Assembly (NCBI GenBank): GCA_043819515.1 | Contig: JBDRES010000034.1 | Coordinates: 3,945 to 67,944 of the forward strand | Length of the DNA: 64,000 nt | Direction: 5' to 3' | DNA from: a bacterium | GTDB lineage: Bacteria > Zixibacteria > MSB-5A5 > GN15 > FEB-12 | Shown here: piece by piece, positions 28,957-39,447 of the stretch | Layout of the letters: the number at the start of each line of letters is the position of its first letter | Position numbering within the stretch: the stretch's first letter is position 1 | Position numbers and translations under genes: made by a program | The notes under the pieces: model-generated | What the model saw: the letters and a program-made list of their open reading frames with translations, nothing else | Databases searched by the model: none | What the model was told of the DNA's origin: nothing

Positions 28957-29955
28957 ATGAGAATGTGGCTCCTGATATGTGTCGGCATCAGTGTCGCCGC
29001 CGCCGCTTGCAGCGCCGAGGATATCTACGATTTGATCTCGCAGGGCAGGCTGGAGCAGGCCGGCGATTCTCTGGCCGAGCTGTCGTCGTCGCCGATGCGT
29101 GATGGCAACATGTTGTACTACGCCGGTCTCATTGAAAGCGATGGCGACCGGGCGGCCGGACTGCTTGAAGCGGCTCTGAGTTCCTCGGTAGGGGCGATCC
29201 ATCGCGAGGAAGTTTACTTTCTGTTGGCCCAGTACTACCTCTTGAAAGAAGACTATTCACGTCTCTCCGATATCGTCACCGGTTACTTATCGACCAATGA
29301 GACCGGACGACACTACGGTGATATGCAACGGCTGGCGGTTGTGGCCTTGGAGTCCGCTGGAGACAGTGCCGCAGCCATGAGCCAGATCAAGCGTTATCTG
29401 CGCCTCAACACCAAGGGTGACCAAGCGCAATGGGGTGAGATTGACCGGGTCCGGTTGCTGTGGCGGGCCAATCAGGTCTCCGAGGCCCGCTCGGAGCTGC
29501 GCCGGCTCAGCCGTGAAAAAACCGGGGTCGCAATTGGGGCCGCTTTGTATCAACTGACCCTGGACGCACTCCACCGGAATCGCGTTGAAGATGCCCTTCA
29601 CTACTACGATCTCCTGCGTGAGGGGTACCCGGCGGCGGTCGGACTCGGTGCGGTTCAGGAGAAGCTGGTCAGCTTGCCGGAGCCCAAGGCAAACGACGAT
29701 ATGGCCGCGGACAAACTGACGCAAACCTACTACTCGGTCAAAGTGGGTGTGTTTTCGGTTCAGAAGAACGCCCTCAGTTGGGCCGACGAGTTTTCCAAGT
29801 ACGGATATCCGGTCGATGTGGTGCCCAAGAAGCTCTCGGGAGCCGATTACCATTTGGTGATGGTCGGCCGGTTTGCCGGCTACGAACAGGCCAGCGCATT
29901 CAAGCGTCGGGCCGAGGAAGACTACGGCGAGAATTTTCAGGTCGTGGCTCGATGA
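28957..29955 (+). CDS. Secreted TPR + SPOR domain protein
   Basis: Signal peptide; C-terminal YSVKVGVFSVQKNA...VMVGRF SPOR motif. Confidence 0.82.
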   Translation: MRMWLLICVGISVAAAACSAEDIYDLISQGRLEQAGDSLAELSSSPMRDGNMLYYAGLIESDGDRAAGLLEAALSSSVGAIHREEVYFLLAQYYLLKEDYSRLSDIVTGYLSTNETGRHYGDMQRLAVVALESAGDSAAAMSQIKRYLRLNTKGDQAQWGEIDRVRLLWRANQVSEARSELRRLSREKTGVAIGAALYQLTLDALHRNRVEDALHYYDLLREGYPAAVGLGAVQEKLVSLPEPKANDDMAADKLTQTYYSVKVGVFSVQKNALSWADEFSKYGYPVDVVPKKLSGADYHLVMVGRFAGYEQASAFKRRAEEDYGENFQVVAR

Positions 29956-32564
29956 GTGGACCGGATGTTAAAGGCGCGCGCGTCACGCCCCTCATGCAAC
30001 AATTCCATGCCATCAAGGAGAAGCACCCGGACAAAGTGCTGTTCTTTCGCATGGGGGATTTCTACGAGATGTTTGGGGACGATGCCGTCAAGGCGGCGCC
30101 GATACTGGGCATCGCCCTGACCTCTCGAGGGCACGGTGCCGACGGAGAACGTATTCCGCTGGCCGGCGTACCATACCATGCCGCAGACAAGTATCTGGCC
30201 AAGCTTATCGAGGCCGGACACAAAGTAGTGGTCGTTGAGCAGATCGAGGATCCCAAGACGGCAACGGGCATCGTGAAACGGGATATCGTCGAGATTATCA
30301 CGCCCGGCACGGCCTTGATCGACGATACCGATCGGATCGGTTCCTCACCCTCTTTGGCCGCCCTGGTGCCCGGCGCCAGGCACATCCTGGGCTTGGCCGT
30401 ACTGAACCTGGCTACCGGTTCCTTTGCGGTCGACGAAGGTCCGCAAAATGCCATTGTGGAGAGATTGCGGGTGGCGGAGGTCAGCGAGGTTGTCATTCCC
30501 GATGATTCCGATTTGGCCGAACTGATTCGCCAGATGCCCCAGTCGGTTGTCCCGGCCCAAGTGAGTGCCTTCGGCCGATGGAACTTTGATGGCGACACTG
30601 CCGCTCGGGAACTCAACGATCACTTCGGTACCTCGACACTGGAGGGCTTTGGAATTCGCAGCTGCCGACTGGGTCTGGCGGCTGCGGGAGCCATACTTCG
30701 ATACCTGCGTGAGAACCATCGCGAGCAGCTGCTTCATATCGACCGCTTGACTCGCTTTGATAACGAACTAACGATGGTTCTCGATTATGGCACGGTGCGC
30801 AACCTGGAACTGGTTCGTTCCATTCAAACGGGTACCGAAGAGTACTCGCTCTTCAGCGTGATTAACAAAACTCAGACTGCGGCCGGTGGTCGCCGCCTGC
30901 GGGATAGTCTCTTGCGACCGTTTCGAATCAGGGCTCCCATAGAAAAGCGCCTGGCGGGCGTGGCCGAATTGGTACGCTATCGCGATATGGCCGGCGATTT
31001 GACGGAGCAGCTTAGGGGACTGGCTGATCTCGAACGTCTGTGTGGAAGATTGGGAGTGGGTAAGCTCAACCCTCGCCAGGCAGCCGCGATCGGAGCGGTT
31101 CTCAAGACCTCACGTCGCATTCGTGAGATTGTCAAGGAGGCTACCAGCCCGCTTCTTGCGCAACTCAGTCAGGCCTTGCCGGATTGTGATGATATTGTTC
31201 AAAGGCTGGAAGAGGCGCTGGTCGACGAGCCGCCATTGTCGGTTAACAAAGGGGACATCATACGGCCAGGGCATTCCTGCGAGCTGGATGGACTCAATGA
31301 CTCTATCCGCGACGCCCGAGCCTACATCGCATCGCTGCAACAACAGGAACGTCAGCGCACGGGCATTCCCAGCCTGAAGGTTGGTTTCAACAAGGTATTC
31401 GGTTATTATCTGGAGGTCACCAAGACCCACTCTGAGGCGGTGCCGCCTGACTACATCAGAAAGCAGACGCTGGTTAACGCCGAGCGATACATCACGGAAG
31501 ACCTAAAGAAATCCGAAGACCTGATCCTGTCGGCTGAGGAGAAGATTTTTGAGCTTGAGGAAAAGCTATACCGAGAGCTGGTCGATTTTTTGGAAAGCCG
31601 CCTGGCCGACCTGATTTCCACGGCCCACATACTGGCGGAGTTGGATCTTGTCAACGGACTGGCCACGCTGGCCGTGGTCCATGGTTATTGTCGACCCGAG
31701 TTGTACGAGGATGGTCGTCTCAAAATAGTTGGTGGTCGTCACCCGGTGGTTGAATCGGTCTTGCCGTCCGGTTCCTTCGTGGCCAACGATGTCGACATCA
31801 ACACTGCCGACGAAGCTATGGTGATCCTGACCGGCCCCAACATGTCGGGCAAGTCGACTTACCTGCGTCAGTTGGGTTTGATTGTCATCATGGCGCAGAT
31901 CGGCTCCTTCATTCCGGCCGACAGCGCCGAGATCGGTTTGGTCGATCGAGTATTCACGCGCGTCGGAGCGCTGGACAATCTGGCCCGCGGTCAGTCGACA
32001 TTCCTGGTCGAGATGGTCGAGGCGGCCAACATTCTCAACAACGGCACCGATCAATCGCTGGTTTTACTTGACGAAATAGGCCGTGGAACCTCAACTTTTG
32101 ACGGCCTGTCGATTGCCTGGGCGGTGGTGGAGTATATCAATGAGCGAATCGGGGCGCGTACCTTGTTCGCCACCCACTACCACGAGTTGACTTCAATGGC
32201 CGAGATCTACCAGCGCATTCGCAACTATCAGGTAGCCGTCAAGCGCTGGGAGGACAAAGTGGTCTTTCTGCATCAAATCATCCCCGGCGGCTGTGATGAC
32301 TCCTACGGCATCGAGGTGGGGCGGTTGGCCGGGCTACCTCGCACGACCATCTCGCGGGCCAAGCAGATCCTGCGGCTTTTGGAGTCGGGGAGATTCAATC
32401 AGAGTGAATTGGGACGGGGCATATATCAAGAGCGGTTGCAACCGAGCCTGTTCGACCCGCAGCCTTCAGTCATAGAACAGAAACTTCGGGAAGTTGATTT
32501 GGATAATATGACACCGGTTCAGGCCCTGCAGTTTCTGGAAGATCTAAAAGGCAAACTGCCGTGA
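29952..32564 (+). CDS. mutS: DNA mismatch repair protein MutS
   Basis: TPLMQQF, FRMGDFYEMF, TGPNMSGKSTY, DEIGRGTST and ATHYHEL motifs; likely start is ATG 29952. Confidence 0.97.
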   Translation: MSGPDVKGARVTPLMQQFHAIKEKHPDKVLFFRMGDFYEMFGDDAVKAAPILGIALTSRGHGADGERIPLAGVPYHAADKYLAKLIEAGHKVVVVEQIEDPKTATGIVKRDIVEIITPGTALIDDTDRIGSSPSLAALVPGARHILGLAVLNLATGSFAVDEGPQNAIVERLRVAEVSEVVIPDDSDLAELIRQMPQSVVPAQVSAFGRWNFDGDTAARELNDHFGTSTLEGFGIRSCRLGLAAAGAILRYLRENHREQLLHIDRLTRFDNELTMVLDYGTVRNLELVRSIQTGTEEYSLFSVINKTQTAAGGRRLRDSLLRPFRIRAPIEKRLAGVAELVRYRDMAGDLTEQLRGLADLERLCGRLGVGKLNPRQAAAIGAVLKTSRRIREIVKEATSPLLAQLSQALPDCDDIVQRLEEALVDEPPLSVNKGDIIRPGHSCELDGLNDSIRDARAYIASLQQQERQRTGIPSLKVGFNKVFGYYLEVTKTHSEAVPPDYIRKQTLVNAERYITEDLKKSEDLILSAEEKIFELEEKLYRELVDFLESRLADLISTAHILAELDLVNGLATLAVVHGYCRPELYEDGRLKIVGGRHPVVESVLPSGSFVANDVDINTADEAMVILTGPNMSGKSTYLRQLGLIVIMAQIGSFIPADSAEIGLVDRVFTRVGALDNLARGQSTFLVEMVEAANILNNGTDQSLVLLDEIGRGTSTFDGLSIAWAVVEYINERIGARTLFATHYHELTSMAEIYQRIRNYQVAVKRWEDKVVFLHQIIPGGCDDSYGIEVGRLAGLPRTTISRAKQILRLLESGRFNQSELGRGIYQERLQPSLFDPQPSVIEQKLREVDLDNMTPVQALQFLEDLKGKLP

Positions 32565-34420
32565 GCGAAAGATCATCGGCCTCGACCAAACGGTGGATCA
32601 GACCGTTGCCGGAAAACGTGGTCAATAAGATTGCCGCCGGCGAGGTCATCGAGCGGCCGGCCGCGGTTATCAAAGAGCTGGTCGAGAACTCCCTTGATTC
32701 CGGAGCGACACGGATCGAGGTTGAGTCGGATAAGGCCGGCATCAAGCTACTCCGTGTGGTTGACAATGGCTGTGGCATCCCCGCCGAGCAGGTGGAGGTT
32801 GCCTTCGGCCGTCACGCAACCTCCAAGATCTCCAGCTTTCAGGATCTGGACGTATTGGTCTCCTATGGCTTTCGCGGGGAAGCGTTGCCGTCAATTGCGT
32901 CGGTTTCGCGCCTGCGAATGCTGACCCGAACGGCCGATGAGACGGCCGGCACCGAGCTGATCATCGAGGGGGGGGTGGTGCAGTCACGGAAACCGGCGGC
33001 GGCGCCGGTCGGGACAACGGTGGAGACCGCTGACTTGTTCTATAATACCCCCGCGCGTCGGAAATTCCTCCGGGCTGAAGCCACGGAAATGCGTTTTCTT
33101 TCGCGAACCATGACCGCTCTGGCGATTAGCCACCCGGGTGTGGCGATGTCATACCGGGCCGGGGGACGGCAAGTGTTTGCGGTGCCAGAAAATCAGAAAC
33201 TGGTGGCCAGGGTGGAGGCTCTGCTTTCCCTTAAGGGTCGATCATTTGCTCTGCAGGGCGCGCTGGACGGCCTGGAGATCGCCGGCTGCCTCGGGACCCC
33301 CGATGCGGCTCGCAATAATCGCTACGGACTGTACCTGTTTGTCAACGGCCGCTACATTTTCTCTACGGTGCTGGCGCATGCCGTGCGCGCCGGTTTTGGC
33401 GAGCTCATAGCCGGCGGCAGCTATCCTGTCGGCGCGCTCCTGCTGACGGTAGATCCAACCAAGCTGGATGTCAACGTGCACCCGTCGAAAACCGAGGTAC
33501 GGCTCTCTCACGAGCGTGAGATTCATGACTCCGTGCGACGCTTCATCCGTGATACTCTGCGACAGGACAATGTCATCCCGGTGTTTCAGCCGGGTCGGTC
33601 GGCACTGGACAGCCCTGCTTATCATGGGGCGACCGACTGTTCTTCGTCGGCTCATTCATCGGCACCGATCCCCGGAATTATGTCAAGGCAACCGGTGCAG
33701 CAGGATCTGTCGAGTGCCTTTGGAAAAGCAGCGGGGCCGGGCGAGCTGTCGAGCGAGTCGGCCGTGGCCAAGGTTGACACGCGCACCGGTGAGATCATAG
33801 GCGAATATCCCGATTCGAACGCGACGGCTTCGGACGGTACGGGACCCTCGGCCGGATTTCGATTGATCGGCCGCTTTAGTAATCTCTACCTGCTGGTGCA
33901 GGCCGGCGATGATCTTTACATAGTTGATCAGCACACCGCTCACGAACGGGTACTCTATGAAGATATGTTGCGTCGCATTGCGAGCGCCAGGATGGACGGT
34001 CAAAATCTGCTCTTCCCGGCTCAGGTCGAGTTATCGCCGGAACAGATGGCGGTGTTTGAGCAGTCGGGCGACCTGCTGATCAAGGCCGGTTTTGCCGTCT
34101 CTTACTTTGGCGGCCGGACGATCAATATCGAAGCCTTGCCGGGAGCGTTGGCCAAAAAATCTCCCGAGAAGATAGTCGTGGGGGTGCTTGACGACATAGC
34201 CGAGAGGCGTCGGACCGGTGGCGATATTGTCAAGGGCATGGCCCAGTCCCTGGCCTGCCGGGCCGCTGTCATGGCCGGCGATCGTCTTTCCGACACCGAG
34301 GCTATCCACCTGCTGGAACAACTGCTGGCCTGTGACAATGCCTACTCCTGCCCGCACGGACGGCCGACCTTCGTCAAGATAAGCCGTCAGGATTTGGATC
34401 GCCAGTTTGGACGCCAGTAG
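32561..34420 (+). CDS. mutL: DNA mismatch repair protein MutL
   Basis: KIAAGEVIERP, GFRGEAL; endonuclease motifs DQHTAHER, ACR and CPHGRP. Confidence 0.97.
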   Translation: MSERSSASTKRWIRPLPENVVNKIAAGEVIERPAAVIKELVENSLDSGATRIEVESDKAGIKLLRVVDNGCGIPAEQVEVAFGRHATSKISSFQDLDVLVSYGFRGEALPSIASVSRLRMLTRTADETAGTELIIEGGVVQSRKPAAAPVGTTVETADLFYNTPARRKFLRAEATEMRFLSRTMTALAISHPGVAMSYRAGGRQVFAVPENQKLVARVEALLSLKGRSFALQGALDGLEIAGCLGTPDAARNNRYGLYLFVNGRYIFSTVLAHAVRAGFGELIAGGSYPVGALLLTVDPTKLDVNVHPSKTEVRLSHEREIHDSVRRFIRDTLRQDNVIPVFQPGRSALDSPAYHGATDCSSSAHSSAPIPGIMSRQPVQQDLSSAFGKAAGPGELSSESAVAKVDTRTGEIIGEYPDSNATASDGTGPSAGFRLIGRFSNLYLLVQAGDDLYIVDQHTAHERVLYEDMLRRIASARMDGQNLLFPAQVELSPEQMAVFEQSGDLLIKAGFAVSYFGGRTINIEALPGALAKKSPEKIVVGVLDDIAERRRTGGDIVKGMAQSLACRAAVMAGDRLSDTEAIHLLEQLLACDNAYSCPHGRPTFVKISRQDLDRQFGRQ

Positions 34421-35333
34421 ACCGGCCATAGCCGTGATCTGTGGCCCGACCGCATCGGGCAAGACCGGCATTGCCGTCGATCTCTCCAAGAATTTCCCAA
34501 TCGAAATCGTCTCCGCCGACTCGCGGCAGGTTATCAGACATCTCGATATCGGGACCGCCAAGCCGACTGCGCAGGAGTTGCGGCAAGTACCGTTCCATCT
34601 TGTGGACATTGTTGATCCGGGCCGGCGCTATTCCGCTTTTCAGTTTATGGATGATGCCAACGAGGCCATCAGGGGTATTTTGCAGCGCAAGCACATCCCG
34701 GTCGTGGTCGGCGGTACCGGATTGTATCTGCGGGCTTTGAGTGAAGGTGTCGTCGAGATCGAATCTTCCGACATGGCCATCAGGGAAAAGCTCGAAGGGG
34801 AGATGGCTGAATTGGGGCCGCAGGCCATGTTTGAGCGGCTGGAGAAGATCGATCCTCTGGAGGCTGCCTCGCTTCATCCGCACCACAAGCGCCGCGTCAT
34901 ACGAGCTCTTGAGATTCATGCTCTGACAGGAAAGTGCAAGTCGGAGTTGGTAGCCACCGGGGCATACCGTCGGGCAGAGTTTCCGTTTGAGTTTTTTCGC
35001 CTGATGCCGGAACGCGCCCAACTGTACCAACGTATCAACCAGAGAGTCGATCAGATGTTGGCGGCCGGTTGGCTTGATGAAATCCGGGGATTGGTCGAGC
35101 GGGGAATGGGCGACGATATCAGACGGTCCCAGGTCATGGGATATGATGAACTGTTGGATTACCTTGAGGGTCATCTTCCCTGGGAAGAGGCGGTCAGCCA
35201 GATAAAACAGAATACGCGGCGTTACGCTAAACGGCAATACACCTGGTTTCGTCATCAAGCAGCGGGCGAGTTCTTTGACGATGTAAACACGGCCGGGCAA
35301 GCACTCCGGAGGAATCTTTCGCAATGGGTGTAG
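34407..35333 (+). CDS. miaA: tRNA dimethylallyltransferase
   Basis: GPTASGKT, SADSRQV, VGGTGLY and TRRYAKRQYTWF motifs. Confidence 0.96.
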   Translation: MDASRPAIAVICGPTASGKTGIAVDLSKNFPIEIVSADSRQVIRHLDIGTAKPTAQELRQVPFHLVDIVDPGRRYSAFQFMDDANEAIRGILQRKHIPVVVGGTGLYLRALSEGVVEIESSDMAIREKLEGEMAELGPQAMFERLEKIDPLEAASLHPHHKRRVIRALEIHALTGKCKSELVATGAYRRAEFPFEFFRLMPERAQLYQRINQRVDQMLAAGWLDEIRGLVERGMGDDIRRSQVMGYDELLDYLEGHLPWEEAVSQIKQNTRRYAKRQYTWFRHQAAGEFFDDVNTAGQALRRNLSQWV

Positions 35334-35457
35334 AAAAAGCTTGCTATCGCACAGGTTAATGCATAGTAGTCAATAAGTTAAGGCCGGTCATTCAGGGACC
35401 GAAGTGATATTCCGACATATAAGGAAAGACAACAAAGCACATTGAAAGGCCTTTGAA

Positions 35458-37698
35458 GTGACTCGTATACACTCCAGCTTACCGTTTATTCTGGCAGCAC
35501 TAATCACCTTGCTTCTTGCTATCCTGGCTGGTTGTTCCGGCAAACAGGGGATGGCTTCACCACAGGTTTACGGCCGGCCCGTTGTTGAGACGCCGCCTGA
35601 AACAACTGAGTCCGAACCACAAGACTCGCCGCGGGAGTCATCAGGCAGCGGTTCGCGTGATGCCAGTGCTTTGTCGCAGCACCGTGCCGAGCAGGAAGAT
35701 CCCAACCTGGTGCCGTCACCCGGCACACCGGAGGATTTATCCGCCCCGGGAAGTCCAGCCTCGCAGCCGGCTATAGTCTCTTACGGTGGAGCCGATATTA
35801 GTGACTCCGCGGCGGCCGTTGATGATGAAGTCTGGCGCCAATTCGACCTGGCCGAAGAGTACTACCTTATGGGCGTGATGGCCAATCGAGAGGCGTCATG
35901 GGAAGAAGCCCAGTACTATTTCGAGAGAGGTCTGCATCTGTTGGCCAAGCTCGATATCGAGGACGATTCGGTGATGACGCCCGAGGCAGTACGTTATGAT
36001 CGTATGCTGGCCAATTTTGTGGCGGATTACCGGACTACGCTCAGGTCATTGGGGAGCCTGGAGGCCGATGTTTCGACTTCGGTCTTGGTCGAGCGGTTCG
36101 GCAATATCGCCGACAATCTCGCCGGGGATACTATCAAGGTCTATGATGGCGAGCGTACCGGTGAGATTACTTATGACCTGCCGGTTGTTCAGAACGAGCG
36201 TGTCAAGAAGTCGGTGATCTACTTCCAGACGGTTGCACACGACGCCTTCAGCAAGTACCTCAGCCGCATCAACAAATATACCCCCATGATGCGACGCATT
36301 ATCGCTGAATACGGTCTTCCCCAGGATTTGATTTACTTATCGCTGGTCGAGTCGGGTTACAATCCAAATGCCTACTCCTGGGCGCGGGCGATGGGGTTGT
36401 GGCAGTTTATTTCATCAACCGGCCGGCTTTACAACCTGGACAGGAATTGGTGGATCGACGAGCGCAAGGATCCCATCAAGGCCACTCATGCCGCATGCCG
36501 GTTCCTCAAGGATCTGTACGAGGAATTCGGGGATTGGGAACTGGCTATGGCCGCCTACAATGGCGGGCCGGGTCGCGTCAGACGCACAATCAAAAGCCAG
36601 AAGACCAACGACTTCTGGAAGCTGCGTCTCAAGCGACAGACAATGGATTACGTGCCGCTGATTTACGCGGCTGCTATTATTGCCAAAGACCCCGAGAAGT
36701 ACGGCTTCGTTGATATTGAGAAAGAACCCGAGGTAGTCTGGGACGAGGTTACCATAAACCGCTGCCTTGAACTCAAGGTGGTAGCCGAGGAGCTGGGCTG
36801 TCCGGTCGAAGAGCTGCAGGAGCTCAATCCGGAATTACTGCGCAAGTTCACTCCGCCAAATGACAAGCAATATGTTCTCAAGGTGCCCCAGGGCACGAAG
36901 TCGAAGTTCTTGGCCGCCTACGATGGGATGCCATCACCCAAGGAAACATCCTGGGTTCGGCACAACATTCAGCGCGGAGAATCGGTCAGCCAAATAGCAG
37001 CCAAGTACGGCGTCTCTCAATACGCCATTATGGATGCCAACAATCTCAGTCGCCGGTCGCGGATTTACGCCGGTAAGGAGCTGATTGTGCCGGTCCCGCT
37101 GGATCGTGAGTACAATAGCAGCCCTCGCAGCCGACCCAGCGGTGACTATAAGTCGGAGGACGGCATCTATGTCGTCCGGTCCGGCGACACTATGTGGGAC
37201 ATTGCCCGCGAGTTTGGTACCAGCGTCAACGCCCTGCGAGGCAACAACTCGATTGAACGCGGCTCGCGTATCTACGTAGGTCAAAAGATCAAAATCCCGT
37301 CCTCCGCGACTAAAATCGAATCAAAGAACCGGCCCTCCGGCAGGAAAACGGCCGAGTTGGCGCAAAGCAGCCGTGGGGCTGATAAGAGTTCGACCAAACA
37401 TAAGGTGCGGTCAGGCGACACCCTATGGGATATCGCTCGCAAGTATGGGACGACGACCGGTACGATTCGTAGCCTGAACGGGTTGGGTCGATCCAGCCAG
37501 ATCTACCCCGGACAGGTTTTGGTGGTCAACGGAGCTGGCGCCAAGGACTATCTGGTTCACCATGTTCGTCAGGGGGATACGCTTAGCCGCCTGGCACAGA
37601 AATACCGTACCTCTATTGCCCGCATCATCGCCAATAATGACCTGGCTGACCCTGATGAACTCATCGTCGGCATGACGCTACGCATATACACAAAATAG
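35458..37698 (+). CDS. MltD-like lytic transglycosylase lipoprotein with multiple LysM domains
   Basis: Lipobox LAGC; SLT motifs VESGYN, AMGLWQF and AAYNGG; four clear LysM repeats (e.g. VRSGDTLWDIA). Confidence 0.92.
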   Translation: MTRIHSSLPFILAALITLLLAILAGCSGKQGMASPQVYGRPVVETPPETTESEPQDSPRESSGSGSRDASALSQHRAEQEDPNLVPSPGTPEDLSAPGSPASQPAIVSYGGADISDSAAAVDDEVWRQFDLAEEYYLMGVMANREASWEEAQYYFERGLHLLAKLDIEDDSVMTPEAVRYDRMLANFVADYRTTLRSLGSLEADVSTSVLVERFGNIADNLAGDTIKVYDGERTGEITYDLPVVQNERVKKSVIYFQTVAHDAFSKYLSRINKYTPMMRRIIAEYGLPQDLIYLSLVESGYNPNAYSWARAMGLWQFISSTGRLYNLDRNWWIDERKDPIKATHAACRFLKDLYEEFGDWELAMAAYNGGPGRVRRTIKSQKTNDFWKLRLKRQTMDYVPLIYAAAIIAKDPEKYGFVDIEKEPEVVWDEVTINRCLELKVVAEELGCPVEELQELNPELLRKFTPPNDKQYVLKVPQGTKSKFLAAYDGMPSPKETSWVRHNIQRGESVSQIAAKYGVSQYAIMDANNLSRRSRIYAGKELIVPVPLDREYNSSPRSRPSGDYKSEDGIYVVRSGDTMWDIAREFGTSVNALRGNNSIERGSRIYVGQKIKIPSSATKIESKNRPSGRKTAELAQSSRGADKSSTKHKVRSGDTLWDIARKYGTTTGTIRSLNGLGRSSQIYPGQVLVVNGAGAKDYLVHHVRQGDTLSRLAQKYRTSIARIIANNDLADPDELIVGMTLRIYTK

Positions 37699-37710
37699 GA
37701 TGGTTGTTGT

Positions 37711-38613
37711 ATGGCACGGAAGCGCGACGTAGTCATCGCCGTAATCATAGCGGTTTCATTCTTTGTTGCCATGGGCTTTGTGGCGCTGGTTTTTATTGGC
37801 GTTCTCTCGGGTGAATCCGATCTGGGTTTCGCCTCAATGGGAGGCGATGTCGGCGTCATAGAGCTTTTTGGCGTGATCGATGAGGCCTCGGGCCGTGAAG
37901 CAATCGAGCAGATCGACCGCTGGGCCGACCACGATGCCATCAAGGCCCTGGTGATTCACATCAACTCGCCCGGGGGAGGTGTAGCCATTACTCAGGAGAT
38001 TTACGACGCTGTCCTTCGTGCCCGCGAGCAGAAACCGGTGGTGGGGGCCATGGCCTCGATCGCAGCCTCGGGTGGATATTATGTTGCCTGCGCCTGCGAT
38101 CTGATCGTGGCCAATCCGGGCACGCTGACCGGATCGATTGGGGTGATTTTCCAATACTACACCGCTGAGGATCTCATGAAGAGAATCGGCGTTCGCCAGG
38201 AGACCGTCAAGGCGGGACAAGTGAAAGACGTCGGCTCCTGGTCTCACGATATGAACGAATCCGAGGAATCTATGCTTCAGGCGGCCGTCAACGACACCTA
38301 TGCCCAATTCGTTGAGGTCGTGGCCGAAGCGCGCAATATGGACCAGGATCTTGTTCGAACCTACGCCGACGGTTCGATTTATACCGGCTCACAGGCTCAT
38401 ATGTCAGGGCTGATAGATACACTCGGAGGGCTGAATGAGGCTGTCAGAATTGCAGCTGACATGGCCGGCCTGGAAGGGGACCCCGAGATAGTCCGCCCCT
38501 TTGAGCGTAAGCGCGTGTCTGTCTGGGACTTGCTCGGAAACGTCCTCGGTGGCATAGATCAGCGCATACAAGGTGGTCTGGACGGCCCCAAACTCATGTA
38601 TTTGTATCGCTAA
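37711..38613 (+). CDS. sppA: Signal peptide peptidase SppA (36K type)
   Basis: INSPGG, AASGGYY and TGSIGV motifs. Confidence 0.94.
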   Translation: MARKRDVVIAVIIAVSFFVAMGFVALVFIGVLSGESDLGFASMGGDVGVIELFGVIDEASGREAIEQIDRWADHDAIKALVIHINSPGGGVAITQEIYDAVLRAREQKPVVGAMASIAASGGYYVACACDLIVANPGTLTGSIGVIFQYYTAEDLMKRIGVRQETVKAGQVKDVGSWSHDMNESEESMLQAAVNDTYAQFVEVVAEARNMDQDLVRTYADGSIYTGSQAHMSGLIDTLGGLNEAVRIAADMAGLEGDPEIVRPFERKRVSVWDLLGNVLGGIDQRIQGGLDGPKLMYLYR

Positions 38614-38811
38614 GTTACTCACATTTTTTCACTTGCCTGCAAAAAATCTGTGGACAAAGCCCGATTTTTTACTTTCCTTAGCGGCGGTTGGGACGTATCT
38701 ATACCTGTCGCATAGGGTTATCCGGTAACATGGGGATGCCGGCGCCAGGGGTGTTTGATGTGAGTAATAGTAGTAGAATACATATTGACTCTTCTCGAGA
38801 GGGAGGATGTT

Positions 38812-39096
38812 GTGACTAAAGCGGATTTGGTCGAAAAGGTAGCCGAAAGAACAGGTCTGACGCGCACGGACGTTGCGGTTGTCGTGGACTCGTTTCTCGA
38901 CACCATCAAGAAGTCGCTGGAGAGCGGACACAACATCGAAATCAGAGGCTTTGGCACCTTCAAAGTGAAGTTGCGCAAGGCCAGGAAGGCTCGCAATCCT
39001 CGGACGGGTGAGGTTGTGCCGGTGCCGGATCGCAAGGTCCCGGTGTTTAAGCCTTCTAACGAATTCAAAAACATGATTACTCGTCAGCCAATCTAA
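38812..39096 (+). CDS. HU/IHF family DNA-binding protein
   Basis: MTKADLVEKVA...EIRGFGTF...ARNPRTGE...FKPS; GGAGG RBS before GTG. Confidence 0.95.
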   Translation: MTKADLVEKVAERTGLTRTDVAVVVDSFLDTIKKSLESGHNIEIRGFGTFKVKLRKARKARNPRTGEVVPVPDRKVPVFKPSNEFKNMITRQPI

Positions 39097-39114
39097 GTAT
39101 CCAATGGAGGATTG

Positions 39115-39210
39115 ATGCCCAGCGGAAAGAAACGGAAACGCCTTAAGATCAAGACACATAAGCGGAAAAAGCGCAGACGCGCCAACCGTCATAAAAAGAA
39201 GAAGGTCTGA
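39115..39210 (+). CDS. 30S ribosomal protein bS22 (AURKAIP1/COX24-type), 31 aa
   Basis: MPSGKKRKRLKIKTHKRKKRRRANRHKKKKV; GGAGG RBS; below the ORF-track length cutoff. Confidence 0.85.
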   Translation: MPSGKKRKRLKIKTHKRKKRRRANRHKKKKV

Positions 39211-39333
39211 TCGGGTCTCTTGACCCGCTTGGCTGTTTCTGCCCGGAGGGCTGACCCCTCCACAGATGAATCTTCCCGCGGCCTCTGTTGTTAGATATTG
39301 GGCTGGGCGGGGGGGTACGCCAAACGAATAAGT

Positions 39334-39361
39334 AAACCCGCCCCTTTTGGGGCGGGTTTTT
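39334..39361 (+). terminator. Intrinsic terminator after HU-bS22
   Basis: AAACCCGCCCC-TTTT-GGGGCGGGTTTTT. Confidence 0.85.
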
Positions 39362-39447
39362 CAGTGGGGGCGGGTTTTGGAGTGCTTCGAGAGCGTCACC
39401 CATCGTCGATCCTAATGGGCGTCCACGAAAAAACCACAGGCGCAAAC

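Noticed and set aside
29778..29951. N-terminal extension of MutS in the ORF track
   Set aside because: Overlaps the SPOR gene; the conserved start is ATG 29952.
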